DNA of 64,000 nucleotides from an uncultured Candidatus Binatia bacterium (GCA_964291295.2 OZ219754.1:1824001-1888000), one strand, 5' to 3'; numbered from the stretch's first letter, positions 19,771 to 29,915 are shown. The notes: generated by a model not told the origin, from the sequence alone. Translations and numbers: made by a program.

Positions 19771-21615
19771 TTACTCCCTGCGGCCGCCGAAGGAACCGCG
19801 AAACTCGCCGCTCTTCTTGTCCTTGGACGTGACGTCGAACACGCCGCCCACCTCTTCGCCGTTCGGTCCGAAGAAATGGCCGCTGTACTCCCTCAACTCG
19901 TACAGGCTGCCGTCTTCGCTCATGGGCAAGCCTATAATGCTACGAAGTTGGGCGGCGGTGAATACGGAGGCACTGGTTGTTGTGTTGTTGACATTGGTCA
20001 CTTTACTGCCAGAGAACCGGTTGCCGTCGATGGTGCCGTGGAGTGTGGCGAAAGGTGCGAGATGTCCGTGGCTATTTTTGGCACGATTCGGCCAGAATAA
20101 CACCTTGCTGATTTCCGTCTTGATGGTGCTTTCCCCGAAATCCACCGTTGTGGTTGCGTTTCCATCAAAACCTCCGACGGTTCGAGCGTTGTTCGGGCCG
20201 CGCTGTTGCCAAACTGCATAGCCCTCGTAGGAGGCGGTGCCGAAGCTTGGCATGTTGGCAGTCGGGGTCGGCCCCTTGCCCGGCAGCGCCTGGACGAATA
20301 CGATGCCAAGGTGGGTCCGGTTTGACTTCTTGTGCCACATGCCGAAGTTCATGTGCTCGTAGGGCTTCGCCTCCGGGAAATCCGGCACATCGTAGACAAG
20401 CAACGGACGGTACTTGAGTCCCGTGGCACCATCGGCTCCGGTACTCAGAAGATAGACCTTTTTCCCGCTGCTATCCGAGTAGTAGTAGACCCCCACGCCC
20501 GCGTTCGCGTCCGTGTGCGTCACATTGATCCAGTCATTGGCATTCGTCTTGTCGAATTTCGTGTGCTCATCGGTGTCGACACGATAGAACTCGCCCTCCG
20601 CCCGCATGATCTTGTAGGTCTTGCTGTCAACGGTGCGCGAGCCGAACGGGTTTTCTGCCGTGACCGGGGCCGTGAACTCGGCGCCGTTAGTGCCGCTGTC
20701 CTTGCGGTAGGCCTTCACCGCCTTGGTGTTGGTGATATATTTGTCGATCAGCCAGAAACGGAACTGCTCCGATTCGGTGACGGAACCGATCGCCTCCGAG
20801 TCGATGCTGGAACCGACCTGCTCCGAGTCGGTGAAGGAACCGATCTTGATGATGCGTCCATAGAATCCCGTCCGGGCAGCCACCTCCGGCTTGGTATCGG
20901 CTGCCGCCACGTAGGCGACGGGTTCCTTTGAGTGACGAGTTGAGTCTTCGACGATGTCGCCGGCCTTGCCGCTCTCGATGGTCTTGCCGCCGGTCTTGAC
21001 CGTGACCTTGGGGGCACCTGCGGTGACGCGCGTGCCGCCGTACTCGTAGGTCATCCCTTCGACATGCCGGACCTCCCTGGCTGCGGCTTCCGTGGCCATC
21101 TTCGCCTTTTCGGCGGCTGTCGCCGCCTGAGCCTCGGCCTTCGCCTGAGCCGCCTCGGCTGCGGCTTTGGCCTTGGCGGCCGCACGCACGTCGCTCGTGG
21201 CCGCGGCCTTGTCCGACTCCATCTTGGCCTTGTCGTACTCGGCCTTCGCCATGTTGGCCGCGGTCCGGGCCTCATCCGCGTAAGTCTTCGCCGTCATGGC
21301 GCCCTTGGGAACATGGTGGAACACCAGACCCATGGTCGCGGTTTCCGCCTCATTGGCCGACGTCCCGGCGTTGTCGGACGCCGTCATGGCCTTGCCGGAT
21401 GCCGTCATGGCCGCGGTCCGAGCCTCCTTCAGAATCGTCTCAACTTCCGTCAGTGGGGGGGAGGGGGGAGGTGGGGTAGGAGTCTCCGGGGTCCGGTTGT
21501 TGTTGCTGCTGCCGCCGCATGCCGCAAGCCCGACGGCCAGCACCACCGCACCGAAGATCGCCGCCAGATTCCTTTGCATCAACCTGTACATCAGTATCCT
21601 CCTGGTTTCTTTCAT
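19771..21615 (-). CDS. Surface lipoprotein A, transferrin-binding-protein(TbpB)-like C-terminal barrel (614 aa)
   Basis: Lipobox LAAC, Pro linker, Ala-rich helical stalk, 'GTASYEG', 'TVDFG', '[10 protein letters not shown]', '[15 protein letters not shown]...GSFGGRR'. Confidence 0.88.
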   Translation of the reverse strand: MKETRRILMYRLMQRNLAAIFGAVVLAVGLAACGGSSNNNRTPETPTPPPPSPPLTEVETILKEARTAAMTASGKAMTASDNAGTSANEAETATMGLVFHHVPKGAMTAKTYADEARTAANMAKAEYDKAKMESDKAAATSDVRAAAKAKAAAEAAQAKAEAQAATAAEKAKMATEAAAREVRHVEGMTYEYGGTRVTAGAPKVTVKTGGKTIESGKAGDIVEDSTRHSKEPVAYVAAADTKPEVAARTGFYGRIIKIGSFTDSEQVGSSIDSEAIGSVTESEQFRFWLIDKYITNTKAVKAYRKDSGTNGAEFTAPVTAENPFGSRTVDSKTYKIMRAEGEFYRVDTDEHTKFDKTNANDWINVTHTDANAGVGVYYYSDSSGKKVYLLSTGADGATGLKYRPLLVYDVPDFPEAKPYEHMNFGMWHKKSNRTHLGIVFVQALPGKGPTPTANMPSFGTASYEGYAVWQQRGPNNARTVGGFDGNATTTVDFGESTIKTEISKVLFWPNRAKNSHGHLAPFATLHGTIDGNRFSGSKVTNVNNTTTSASVFTAAQLRSIIGLPMSEDGSLYELREYSGHFFGPNGEEVGGVFDVTSKDKKSGEFRGSFGGRRE

Positions 21616-21649
21616 TCTCGAATTTTCCTTCCGCCTTCAGAAGAAGCCT

Positions 21650-21678
21650 TGGTTAATCTGGCATTCAGCAAATGTCAA
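21650..21678 (-). promoter_or_regulatory. Possible sigma70 promoter of lipoprotein A
   Basis: TTGACA, 17 bp, TAACCA on the minus strand; the -10 is weak. Confidence 0.4.
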
Positions 21679-21742
21679 GGCTTCGTTCCATTTCATCTCC
21701 GGCAGAAATATGCCCAGAAAGGCTGATCGTGCAAGACTTGAG

Positions 21743-21883
21743 GCGCCGAGTTCGACGAAGAACCAGGCGAAGGAGCGGGATCCGGAGATGCACCAGACGA
21801 AGAAGGGGAACCAGTGGTATTTCGGGATGAAAGTGCATATCGGGGTGGATGCCGAGTCGGGTCTGACCCATAGCGTGGCGACT
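21743..21883 (+). mobile_element. IS5-family transposase internal fragment
   Basis: APSSTKN...[34 protein letters not shown]. Confidence 0.9.
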
Positions 21884-22201
21884 TGGGTAGCGGCGCACCA
21901 CTATCTGCGGTTCCACGGCATCATCGGCAAGGGTCTGCGCCATGTCGCGGTTCATGGCGAGGCTTGGCTTGCCCTGGTTGACTGGCAGCCTGGAGCGTTC
22001 AAGGTGGGAGCGCGGGACCGCTGGATCGGGTGGTCGGCGGAGCAGCAGTTCCGTCGCCTGCATCTGGTCGCCAACAACTCGCGCTTTGTCATCCTGACGC
22101 CTGAGCGGGTTCCCAACCTTGCCTCGCGGGTGCTGGGGCTGAGCGTGCGGCGGCTGTCGCAGGACCTGCGGGCGGCGCATGGCTATCCGGCTGTTCTGGC
22201 G
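21884..22201 (+). mobile_element. DUF4338 domain fragment (IS-associated)
   Basis: HHYL...RDRWIGWS...[13 protein letters not shown]...PNLASRVL. Confidence 0.8.
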
Positions 22202-22228
22202 TTGAGACGTTACCGCGCGGCCAACTTT

Positions 22229-23753
22229 CACCGCACCCGCAGCCGTCCCCAGCAACTGGCGCTGGCCGCGATTGTCGCCCGCGTCCTCGCTCCGGACTCC
22301 AAGCTCGCCACCGCGCGGCGTCTGTCGCCGGAGACCGCCACCAGCAGCCTTGGCGCCTTGCTTGAACTCGGTCGGGTCACCGGCAATGAACTGCTGGACA
22401 TGCTGGACTGGTTGCTCAAGCGCCAGCCATGGATCGAACGGGCGCTGGCAAGGCGGCACCTAAAGGATGCGACACTGATCCTCTACGACGTGTCGAGTTC
22501 CTACCTGGAGGGACAGTGCTGTCCGCTGGCTGCCTTCGGCCACAACCGCGACGGCAAGAAGGGCAAGAAGCAGATCGTCTTCGGCCTGCTCTGCTCCTCC
22601 GAGGGATGCCCCATCGCCATCGAGTTGTTTACTGGCAACACCGCCGATCCGAGAACCCTGGCGTCACAGGTCGAGAAGATCCGCACCCGGTTCGGCATCG
22701 CCCGCATCGCGCTGGTGGGCGACCGCGGGATGATCACCACGGCGCGGATCCATACCGATCTCAAGCCGGTCGGCCTCGCCTGGATCTCCGCACTGAAGAC
22801 GACGGATCTGCGCAAGCTTGCCAAGGCGCAAGCCGGGGCCGCCCCGGCGCTGACGCCGGACTCCTTGGTGCCCGATGCGGTGGCCGAGATCACCAGCCCC
22901 GACTTTCCCGGCGAACGACTCCTGGTCTGCCTCAACCCGCGCCTGCGCCAGGAACGCCGCCGAAAGCGTGAGGACCTGCTGCAGGCAACCGAACTGGCCC
23001 TTGAGCGCATCGGCGCCTCGGTCCGGCCCGGAACCCTGTCCGGCAAGGCGGAGATCGGACGCCGCGTCGGGCGCGAGGCCAACCGCAGAAAGGTCGAAAA
23101 GCACTTCGAGATCACCATCGGCGAGAACCACATCTCCTGGAAACGCCGCCTCCAGAAGATCGAGGACGAAGCCCGCTTCGACGGTATCCATGTCATCCGC
23201 ACCTGCCTCTCGGCTGAAGCCATCGGCGCCGAGGCCGTCGTCGTCGCCTACAAAAGCCTCTCCGCTGTGGAGCGGGCCTTCCGGATCGCAAAATCCGACC
23301 TCCGGGTGCGTCCTGTCTACGTCTATACCCAGGATCATGTGCGCGGCCATCTGTTCCTCTGCATGCTCGCCTATTACTTGGAGTGGCACATGCGACAGCG
23401 CCTCGCACCTTTGCTCTTCGAAGAGGACCACCAAGATGCCCGCAGCCGACGGACATCGCCGGTGGAAAAGGCCGAGCCCTCTCCCAGTGCCAAGAACAAG
23501 GCCGCCACCAAGCACACCCCCGGCGGTTTGCCGGTACACAGCTTCCGTACCCTGCTCGACGACCTCTCCAGCGTCGTGGTCAACACCGTCCGCCTGCCCG
23601 GCTCAGACCAGGCCCGGCTCGCTGTCGTCACCCGACCCACCAAACTCCAGACCCGCGCATTCCAACTCCTGGAGGTCCATCCAGAACACACCGTTCCCAT
23701 GAATGTGACAACTTGAACTCTCATCGTATTGACTGAATGAAGTTCCGACTAAA
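22229..23753 (+). mobile_element. IS1634-family transposase, N-terminally truncated, with right end
   Basis: [62 protein letters not shown]. Stop at 23716; end-like GAAGTTCCGACTAA. Confidence 0.88.
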
Positions 23754-23773
23754 AATTTTCTCTGGACTGCTGC

Positions 23774-23805
23774 TTGACAGTGGGGGGGGGGGGGGGGGAT
23801 AAAGT
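23774..23805 (+). promoter_or_regulatory. sigma70 promoter with a G17 homopolymer spacer (candidate phase-variable)
   Basis: TTGACA 23774-23779, G17 23782-23798, TAAAGT 23800-23805; the spacer is currently 20 bp. Confidence 0.65.
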
Positions 23806-24192
23806 CTGTTTCCGTGACAGGATCACGAGGGTGTGGACGTGGCGGCGCTGGCCGAATCCTACTTGGGGAAGGTCGGAATGACCCGGAATTCTCTGGGGCT
23901 GAATCAAAACAATCCACAGGTTGCGAGTGGCTCAATGTCGCGCCATGGCCTTGTTCGGACTTTCCTTGGACTTCATGGGGTGAAGCACGCGATTGCGAAG
24001 GAGTTGAACGTATTGATCCATGAGGAAGTGAGAAGAACGACTTTGACGGCAGTAAGCAAGACGGATCGGGAGACTTGTTCAAACCATACCCTCCTGAATC
24101 CCTGCTGCTGTTGCCGGAGGGAAGGTCCGCGGCATCGTGCCAAGGCGCATTTTACCAAGGCCGCTTCTGAAGGCGGCAGGGGAGGTTCGAGA

Positions 24193-25989
24193 ATGAAAAG
24201 GACGAAGAGGATATTGATGTACCGGATGATGCACAGGAATCTGGCGGCGGTCTTCTGCGCGGTGGTGCTGGCCATCGGGCTTGCGGCATGCGGCGGCAGC
24301 AGCAACAACAAAACCCCGGCGACGACCCCGGATCCGCCGCCGGCGGGGCCGACGGCAGTGGAGACGGCGATAAAGGAGGCCCGGACGGCGGCGATGGCGG
24401 CGTCGGGCAAGGCCAAGACGGCGTCGGACAACGCGGGGACGTCGGCGGATGAGGCGGAAGCGGCGATCCTGGGTGTCGTGCCCGTTTTCATTCCCAAGGG
24501 GGAGATGACGGCGAAGAGCTACGCGGATGCGGCCCGGACGGCGGCGGACATGGCGAAGGCGGAGTACGACAAGGCCAAGATGGAGTCGGACAAGGCTGCG
24601 GCCACGAGCGACTTGCGTGTGGCGGCCCAGGCCGAAGTCGATGCCGAGGCGGCGCAGGCGAAGGCCGAGGCTCAGGCGGCGCAGGCCGCGGAAAAGGCGA
24701 AGATGGCGAAGGATGCCGCGGCCATGGAGGTCCGGCATGTCGAGGGTCTGACCTACAGGTACGGCGACACGACCATCACGGCGGATGCACCTAAGGCCTC
24801 ACTCACGACCGGGGGCGAGACTGTGGTCACCGGCAAGATAGGCAACCTCAACGAGGACTCACAGACTTACGCAAAGAAACCCGTCCAATACGTGGCGGCA
24901 ACGGGAAACAAGCCGGAGGTCGTTTCCCGGACGGGATTCGTTGCACGGACCATCCCTATTGGTTACTACGCCGACTCGGAGAAGTCCCGTCTCTTCCTGG
25001 TGGACAAATATGTCAGCAACACCAAGGCGGTGAAGGCCTACCGCAAGGCGCAGAACGCCAGCGGTAATCCGATCAACGTGACCGCCCCGGTCACGGCCGA
25101 GAACCCGTTCGGTTCGGTCACCGCAGGGGGAAAGTCCTACAAGGTCATGCGGGCGGAGAGCGAGTTCTATGTTGTTGACACCCAAGATGGTAAGAAATTC
25201 GACAAGACGAATGCTTGGGACACGATCAATCGTGCCACCAAGGACTCGAATGCGGGCGTGGGCATCTACTACTACAACAACGGCAGCAAGGACATCTATC
25301 TCCTGCGCACCGGAACGAGCGGGACCGATAACTTCACCTACCGGCAGATTTTCGTCTACGATGTGCCGGATTTCCCGGAGGCGAAGCCCTATGAGCACAT
25401 GAACTACGGCAGGTGGGACACGCAGAAGTCAGTCGGTGCCGACCTTGGCATCGCATTTGTCCAGGCGCTGCCCGGCAAGGGTCCGACCCCGGCGGCCAAC
25501 CTGCCAGGCTTCGGAAGTGCCACCTACAGGGGCCATGCATCTTGGCAGCTGCGCCAACAAAACCCTCAAGGCGCAGGAGGTAAACGCGGTGATGAAGGAA
25601 CCGCAACCACGACGGTGGATTTCGGCAAAAGCACCATCAGGACCGATCTTTTCACTGCGCCTGGCAGGATTGTAACACTGGGCCCCTATGACGGGATTCT
25701 CGCCACGTTGCAAGGCACCATCGACGGCAACGGCTTCTCGGGCAGCAAAGTGACCAATGTCAACGCCGAAGGCATCAGTTACAATACACCGGGATTTTCA
25801 GTCCCTGCCGCCGGCCATCGTGGCGCCGTGGGTCTTGCCACGAGCGCGGACGGCAGCCTGTACGAGGTGAAGGAGTACCGCGGCCAATTCTTCGGACCGA
25901 ACGCCGAAGAGGTGGGAGGCGTGTTCTACATCACGTCCAAGGACAAGAAGAAGGGCGAGTTGCTAGGCTCTTTCGGCGGCCGCAGGTAG
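24193..25989 (+). CDS. Surface lipoprotein B, TbpB-like C-terminal barrel (598 aa)
   Basis: Paralog of 19771-21615. GGAGG RBS, lipobox LAAC, ends 'GQFFGPNAEEVGGVF...GSFGGRR*'. Confidence 0.88.
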   Translation: MKRTKRILMYRMMHRNLAAVFCAVVLAIGLAACGGSSNNKTPATTPDPPPAGPTAVETAIKEARTAAMAASGKAKTASDNAGTSADEAEAAILGVVPVFIPKGEMTAKSYADAARTAADMAKAEYDKAKMESDKAAATSDLRVAAQAEVDAEAAQAKAEAQAAQAAEKAKMAKDAAAMEVRHVEGLTYRYGDTTITADAPKASLTTGGETVVTGKIGNLNEDSQTYAKKPVQYVAATGNKPEVVSRTGFVARTIPIGYYADSEKSRLFLVDKYVSNTKAVKAYRKAQNASGNPINVTAPVTAENPFGSVTAGGKSYKVMRAESEFYVVDTQDGKKFDKTNAWDTINRATKDSNAGVGIYYYNNGSKDIYLLRTGTSGTDNFTYRQIFVYDVPDFPEAKPYEHMNYGRWDTQKSVGADLGIAFVQALPGKGPTPAANLPGFGSATYRGHASWQLRQQNPQGAGGKRGDEGTATTTVDFGKSTIRTDLFTAPGRIVTLGPYDGILATLQGTIDGNGFSGSKVTNVNAEGISYNTPGFSVPAAGHRGAVGLATSADGSLYEVKEYRGQFFGPNAEEVGGVFYITSKDKKKGELLGSFGGRR

Positions 25990-26022
25990 TAAACAGGCTG
26001 CCGTCACCGGCGGTGGTTCACG

Positions 26023-26074
26023 GAACGGGGTGCCCGATCCATCTCTGGATCGGGCGCCCCGTTCTTTCTTTTTT
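26023..26074 (+). terminator. Rho-independent terminator of lipoprotein B
   Basis: 19-bp stem gaacggggtgcccgatcca/tggatcgggcgccccgttc followed by a T tract; homologous to the terminator of A. Confidence 0.88.
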
Positions 26075-26084
26075 CGACAGCTGC

Positions 26085-26690
26085 CCGGGGAGTGGCAGGA
26101 GGCGGTCGCACGGTTCCGGGCGATGCTGGCGCGCAATCCCGATCTGCCCCGGGTGCGGCTCGACTTGGCGTTCGTCTATTTTCAGGCGGAGGATGACGGC
26201 AATGCGGCATGTCATTTCCGCCTGGTGCTGGGCGCGAAGGACCTGCCCGAGACGGTGCGCGCCTCCGCACGCGCCTTTCTCGACCGCATCCGGCGGCGCA
26301 AGCGATGGTCGGTTACCGGCTCGGTGGCGGTTGTGCCCGACACCAACATCAACGCCAGGACCGATGCCCGGGAGATCCTCCTGTTCGGCCAGCGGACCAC
26401 GCTGTCGGAGGATACGCGCCGGGCCAGCGGCGTCGGGGTGACGGTCAACATGTCGGGCGGTTACGAAGGGCGGGTTTTGCCTGACCTGCGGTTCCGGGTC
26501 GGCGGCGGGCTTCAGACCCGAACCTGCCGGGAGAGCGATTTCAACGATCAGATCGTCAACCTGTACGCCGGGCCGCGCTTCCTGTTCGACAAGTTCGACC
26601 TGCGTCCCGCCGTGACCGCGCGGCAGCGCTGGCTCGGTGGCACCGCCTGCAGCCGGGCGCTGGGTATCGGGCTTTCGGGCGGGGCAGGGC
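26085..26690 (+). pseudogene. Slam (TPR + DUF560) fragment lacking N- and C-termini
   Basis: 'AVARFRAMLARNPDLPRVRLDLA..YF', 'FLDRIRRRKRW...VPDTNIN', 'SGVG'. Broken at 26690 by an IS. Confidence 0.8.
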
Positions 26691-27634
26691 ATGGCCGAGG
26701 AAGCGTCGCAGGACGTGGGCATTCTTGCTTTCGACAAGGGCGTTGTCGGTGGAACGCCGGGTCGGGACTTGGTGGAGTCTCGGACATGCAGTTTGTTGAG
26801 GAGTGTGGTTGATGTACTCCGAGCCATTGTCGGCATGGAAACCGAGGATGACCAAGGGAAACAGGCCGAGCAGGGGGGCGAGGAAGCGCTCGGAGACGGC
26901 GGCCACGGCGCGGACGAACTCGTACGGGGTGAGTTTGTCCACGAGCTTGATGAGGTAGACGCTCTTGGCACCGTCGCGGTCGCCTTGGTGGACGGTGTCC
27001 ACGCGCAGGAAGCCGGGCCGACCGTTGGGCTGCGGAGCGCGCCGTTCGCCTACAGCCCCGGTGCCGACGACAACCGTGCGTTGCCTCCGATAGATGCGGG
27101 AGCCACGTAAAGATGGCTCGCCGAGATCCCCGCTCGAAGCGCGGGTTCCCGAAGAGATGGAACTCGCGCTGCAGTACCACCCGCGTGGCCAAGCCTGACA
27201 TCTGGCCCAAGTCCTCGTCCCCCCGCGCCAGTAGCCGAATGTCCGCCGGCGAGTAGACCCGGGCGAAAGGCCGTTGCCTTGGCGTCGGTCCACGACCCGG
27301 CCGGTCTTGCGGTACTGGCGAATCAGCCGCGTGCCCGAGAGTAGCCGGTGGTCTTTTCCAGAAAGCGCTTCACCCGTGCTTTGGACGGCTTGTCCAACCC
27401 ACTGTAGCCGAGCCGCACCAAGGTCCGCTTCACGAACTCGCAGGTGTCGACTCGTTCGGTCGGGTGAAAGTCTACAGGCTCGCTCGCCTCGACGAAGGCT
27501 GCAACCTGCTCGATAGTCCCCAGCGTACCGTTCGAGGTGTCACGATCATCCTCTGACGATCCCCGACACCCCTGCTTCAGGCTCACTTTGCGTTGGATTC
27601 GCTTCAACCTTTCAGGCTCACTTTGCATTGGACA
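26690..27634 (-). mobile_element. Degenerate IS481/ISNCY-like integrase-core transposase
   Basis: 'FLEKTTGYSRA', 'PGFLRVDTVHQGD', 'GFHADNGSEYIN', 'DNALVESKN'; frameshifted. Left end TGTCCAA with doubled ttcaggctcactt. Confidence 0.85.
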
Positions 27635-27852
27635 AGACTGCGTGTTGACACGGGGTCCGGTGATCGATTATCATCTGCTGCGGTTCGGGATTGGACCGGC
27701 CGAGTGGCTGTAGACCCCGGTTTCGACTCTGCGGAGTCGATCCGATTTCGGCCCGGATTCGACCCTGCTTCTGATCCCGTCCCTGATCCCGATTTCACAC
27801 CGCCGGGTCAGGCGAGTCAAGCTCGGAGTCGATGTCTTGTCAATAGCTCGGG

Positions 27853-28302
27853 ATGGGTCTCATGAAACCAGCACTTCCCCGGCTCTCGCTTGACCTTGAG
27901 CCGGAACTTTCGTCCGCCCTCAGGGAGTTGGCGAAGGCCGTCACCCACTTTGGCGAGGCCAACGGGCTTTCCGACTCTCAGGTCTATAATCTCAGTCTCG
28001 CATTGGACGAGTTGGCCACCAACACGATATCCTACGGTTTCGTGGACGTGGACCGACAGGAACTCCGGCTGGAGTTGCGTATCGAGGACGACGAGGTCGT
28101 CGCGCAACTGGATGACACGGGGATCCCCTTCAATCCGTTCGAAGAAGTTGCCACACCGGATGTGCACGCCTCCATCGACGACCGGCCCATCGGCGGTCTC
28201 GGCGTCTTTCTCACCAAGAGCCTGTTCCCGAATTCAGGCTACGAGCGTATCGACGGATTCAACCGTATTACGTTGCACGCACCCGTGAAAGGAGACAATT
28301 GA
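27853..28302 (+). CDS. Anti-sigma factor / Ser-Thr kinase (RsbW/SpoIIAB-like HATPase)
   Basis: 'LALDELATNTISYG', 'DDTGIPFNP', 'RPIGGLGVFL'. Confidence 0.88.
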   Translation: MGLMKPALPRLSLDLEPELSSALRELAKAVTHFGEANGLSDSQVYNLSLALDELATNTISYGFVDVDRQELRLELRIEDDEVVAQLDDTGIPFNPFEEVATPDVHASIDDRPIGGLGVFLTKSLFPNSGYERIDGFNRITLHAPVKGDN

Positions 28303-28652
28303 TGGCAAACGGCAGCGTTTTGGATCTCAGTACGGAGACGGACGGGGAAACAACCGTGGTCATCCCCGCCGGCCGTATCGACGGCAGCACCGCCAGCCCG
28401 TTCCAGGAGGCTCTCCTTGCGCTGATCGAGGAAGGCAGGGGTTCGCTCGTGGTCGATTTCGAGCACATCGAATATATCAGCAGCGCCGGGCTCCGGGTTC
28501 TCCTTCTGGCAGCCAAGCAACTTCAGGCAGGCGGCAGAAAGGTCCTGCTCTGCGCCATGCGCGACCACATCGCGGAGGTGTTCAAGATCAGTGGTTTCAG
28601 CGAGATCCTGGCAATTCATCCCACTCGCCGGGATGCCCTTGATGCAGGCTGA
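28302..28652 (+). CDS. STAS-domain anti-sigma factor antagonist (RsbV/SpoIIAA-like)
   Basis: 'GRID', 'VDFEHIEYISSAGLRVLL', 'VFKISGF'. Confidence 0.92.
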   Translation: MANGSVLDLSTETDGETTVVIPAGRIDGSTASPFQEALLALIEEGRGSLVVDFEHIEYISSAGLRVLLLAAKQLQAGGRKVLLCAMRDHIAEVFKISGFSEILAIHPTRRDALDAG

Positions 28653-29859
28653 GATGGAAGAAACGGGAACAACGGCCGCCGAGCACGGCCCCGCCTCGAA
28701 CGACGAACCCATCAAGATACTGGTGGTGGACGACGAGGTGGACCTCGAAGCTCTGGTTCTGCAGAAATTCCGCCGGCGCATACGCAGGAAGGAGTTGACG
28801 TTCGACTTCGCGCACAATGGCGAAGAGGCCATCCGCAAGCTCAACGAAGACGCGGCCATCTCCATGGTCATCTCGGACATCAACATGCCGGTGATGGACG
28901 GCCTCACGCTGCTCAAGCAGCTCAACGAGACCAAGCCCAATATCCGCTCCGTCGTCGTGTCCGCCTACGGCGACATGAACAACATCCGCACCGCGATGAA
29001 CCGCGGCGCGTTCGATTTCGTCACCAAACCCATCGACTTCACGGATCTCGAGATCACCATCGACAAGACCCTGGGGCATCTGGCCCTGGTGCGCGAAGCG
29101 TTGTCGAACCGGGACCAGTTGGTGGCCCTCAGCCGTGAGCTGGACGTGGCCCGGGACATGCAGGCCTCCGTGCTGCCCCGGGTCTTTCCCGCCACCGACC
29201 GTTACGAGTCCCACGGAGTCATGGTCCCCGCCAAGGAAGTGGGCGGCGACTTCTACGACTTCTTCCCGTTGGGGGAGGACAAGGTCGGTGTCGCCATCGC
29301 GGACGTGTCGGGAAAGGGCATTCCGGCCGCGCTGTTCATGATGGCATGCCGCACCCTGCTGCGGAGCCGTGTCCTGGAGGGAGGGAACCCTGAACAGAGC
29401 CTGCATTATGTGAACGACCTGCTCTCCGAGGACAACGACAACTGCATGTTCGTCACCCTCTTCTATGGCGTCCTCGATACCCGGAGCGGAGCCTTCAGCT
29501 ACTGCAACGGCGGGCACAATCCGCCGCGCGTCGTCCGCGGGGGCGCCCGGGTCGAACCGGTGCCCACCACCCGGGATCTGGCGCTGGGCGTGCTTCCGGG
29601 ACATGCGTTCCGTTCCGCGACGCTCCAGCTTCAGAAGGACGACATCCTGTTCCTCTACACCGACGGCGTCACCGAGGCCGAAGGCCACGGGTCGGAGGAG
29701 TTCGGCGAAGAACGCCTCGACGCGCTGCTTGCCAAGGTAGATCAGGCCGATTGCGAAGGCGTGACGTCGCTTGTCCTCGACCATGTGCGGGCATTTGCCG
29801 GCGAGACACCGCAGTCGGATGACATCACCTGCGTGGCGTTGCGCTACCACGGGAGCTAG
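28642..29859 (+). CDS. Response-regulator receiver + PP2C/SpoIIE phosphatase (RsbU/RsbP-like)
   Basis: ILVVDDE, SDINMPVMDG, FVTKP; VGGDFYD, ADVSGKG, YTDGVTEA, SDDIT. Confidence 0.93.
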   Translation: MQAEMEETGTTAAEHGPASNDEPIKILVVDDEVDLEALVLQKFRRRIRRKELTFDFAHNGEEAIRKLNEDAAISMVISDINMPVMDGLTLLKQLNETKPNIRSVVVSAYGDMNNIRTAMNRGAFDFVTKPIDFTDLEITIDKTLGHLALVREALSNRDQLVALSRELDVARDMQASVLPRVFPATDRYESHGVMVPAKEVGGDFYDFFPLGEDKVGVAIADVSGKGIPAALFMMACRTLLRSRVLEGGNPEQSLHYVNDLLSEDNDNCMFVTLFYGVLDTRSGAFSYCNGGHNPPRVVRGGARVEPVPTTRDLALGVLPGHAFRSATLQLQKDDILFLYTDGVTEAEGHGSEEFGEERLDALLAKVDQADCEGVTSLVLDHVRAFAGETPQSDDITCVALRYHGS

Positions 29860-29915
29860 CGTTACGTGCCGTACCGCGGGATGGCAAGGCCATTCATCGT
29901 CAGGAGCTGGAGTTC

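Noticed and set aside
21884-22201. Druantia defence system (DruA/DUF4338)
   Set aside because: Only a fragment embedded among transposase pieces, with no DruE helicase; better explained as IS-associated DUF4338.
23833-24192. 120-aa N-terminal extension of lipoprotein B
   Set aside because: The paralogs begin at the equivalent of 24193, with an RBS and signal peptide; an extension would bury the signal.
19771-25989. Diversity-generating retroelement explaining lipoprotein variation
   Set aside because: There is no reverse transcriptase in the window, and the differences include indels and are not adenine-restricted.
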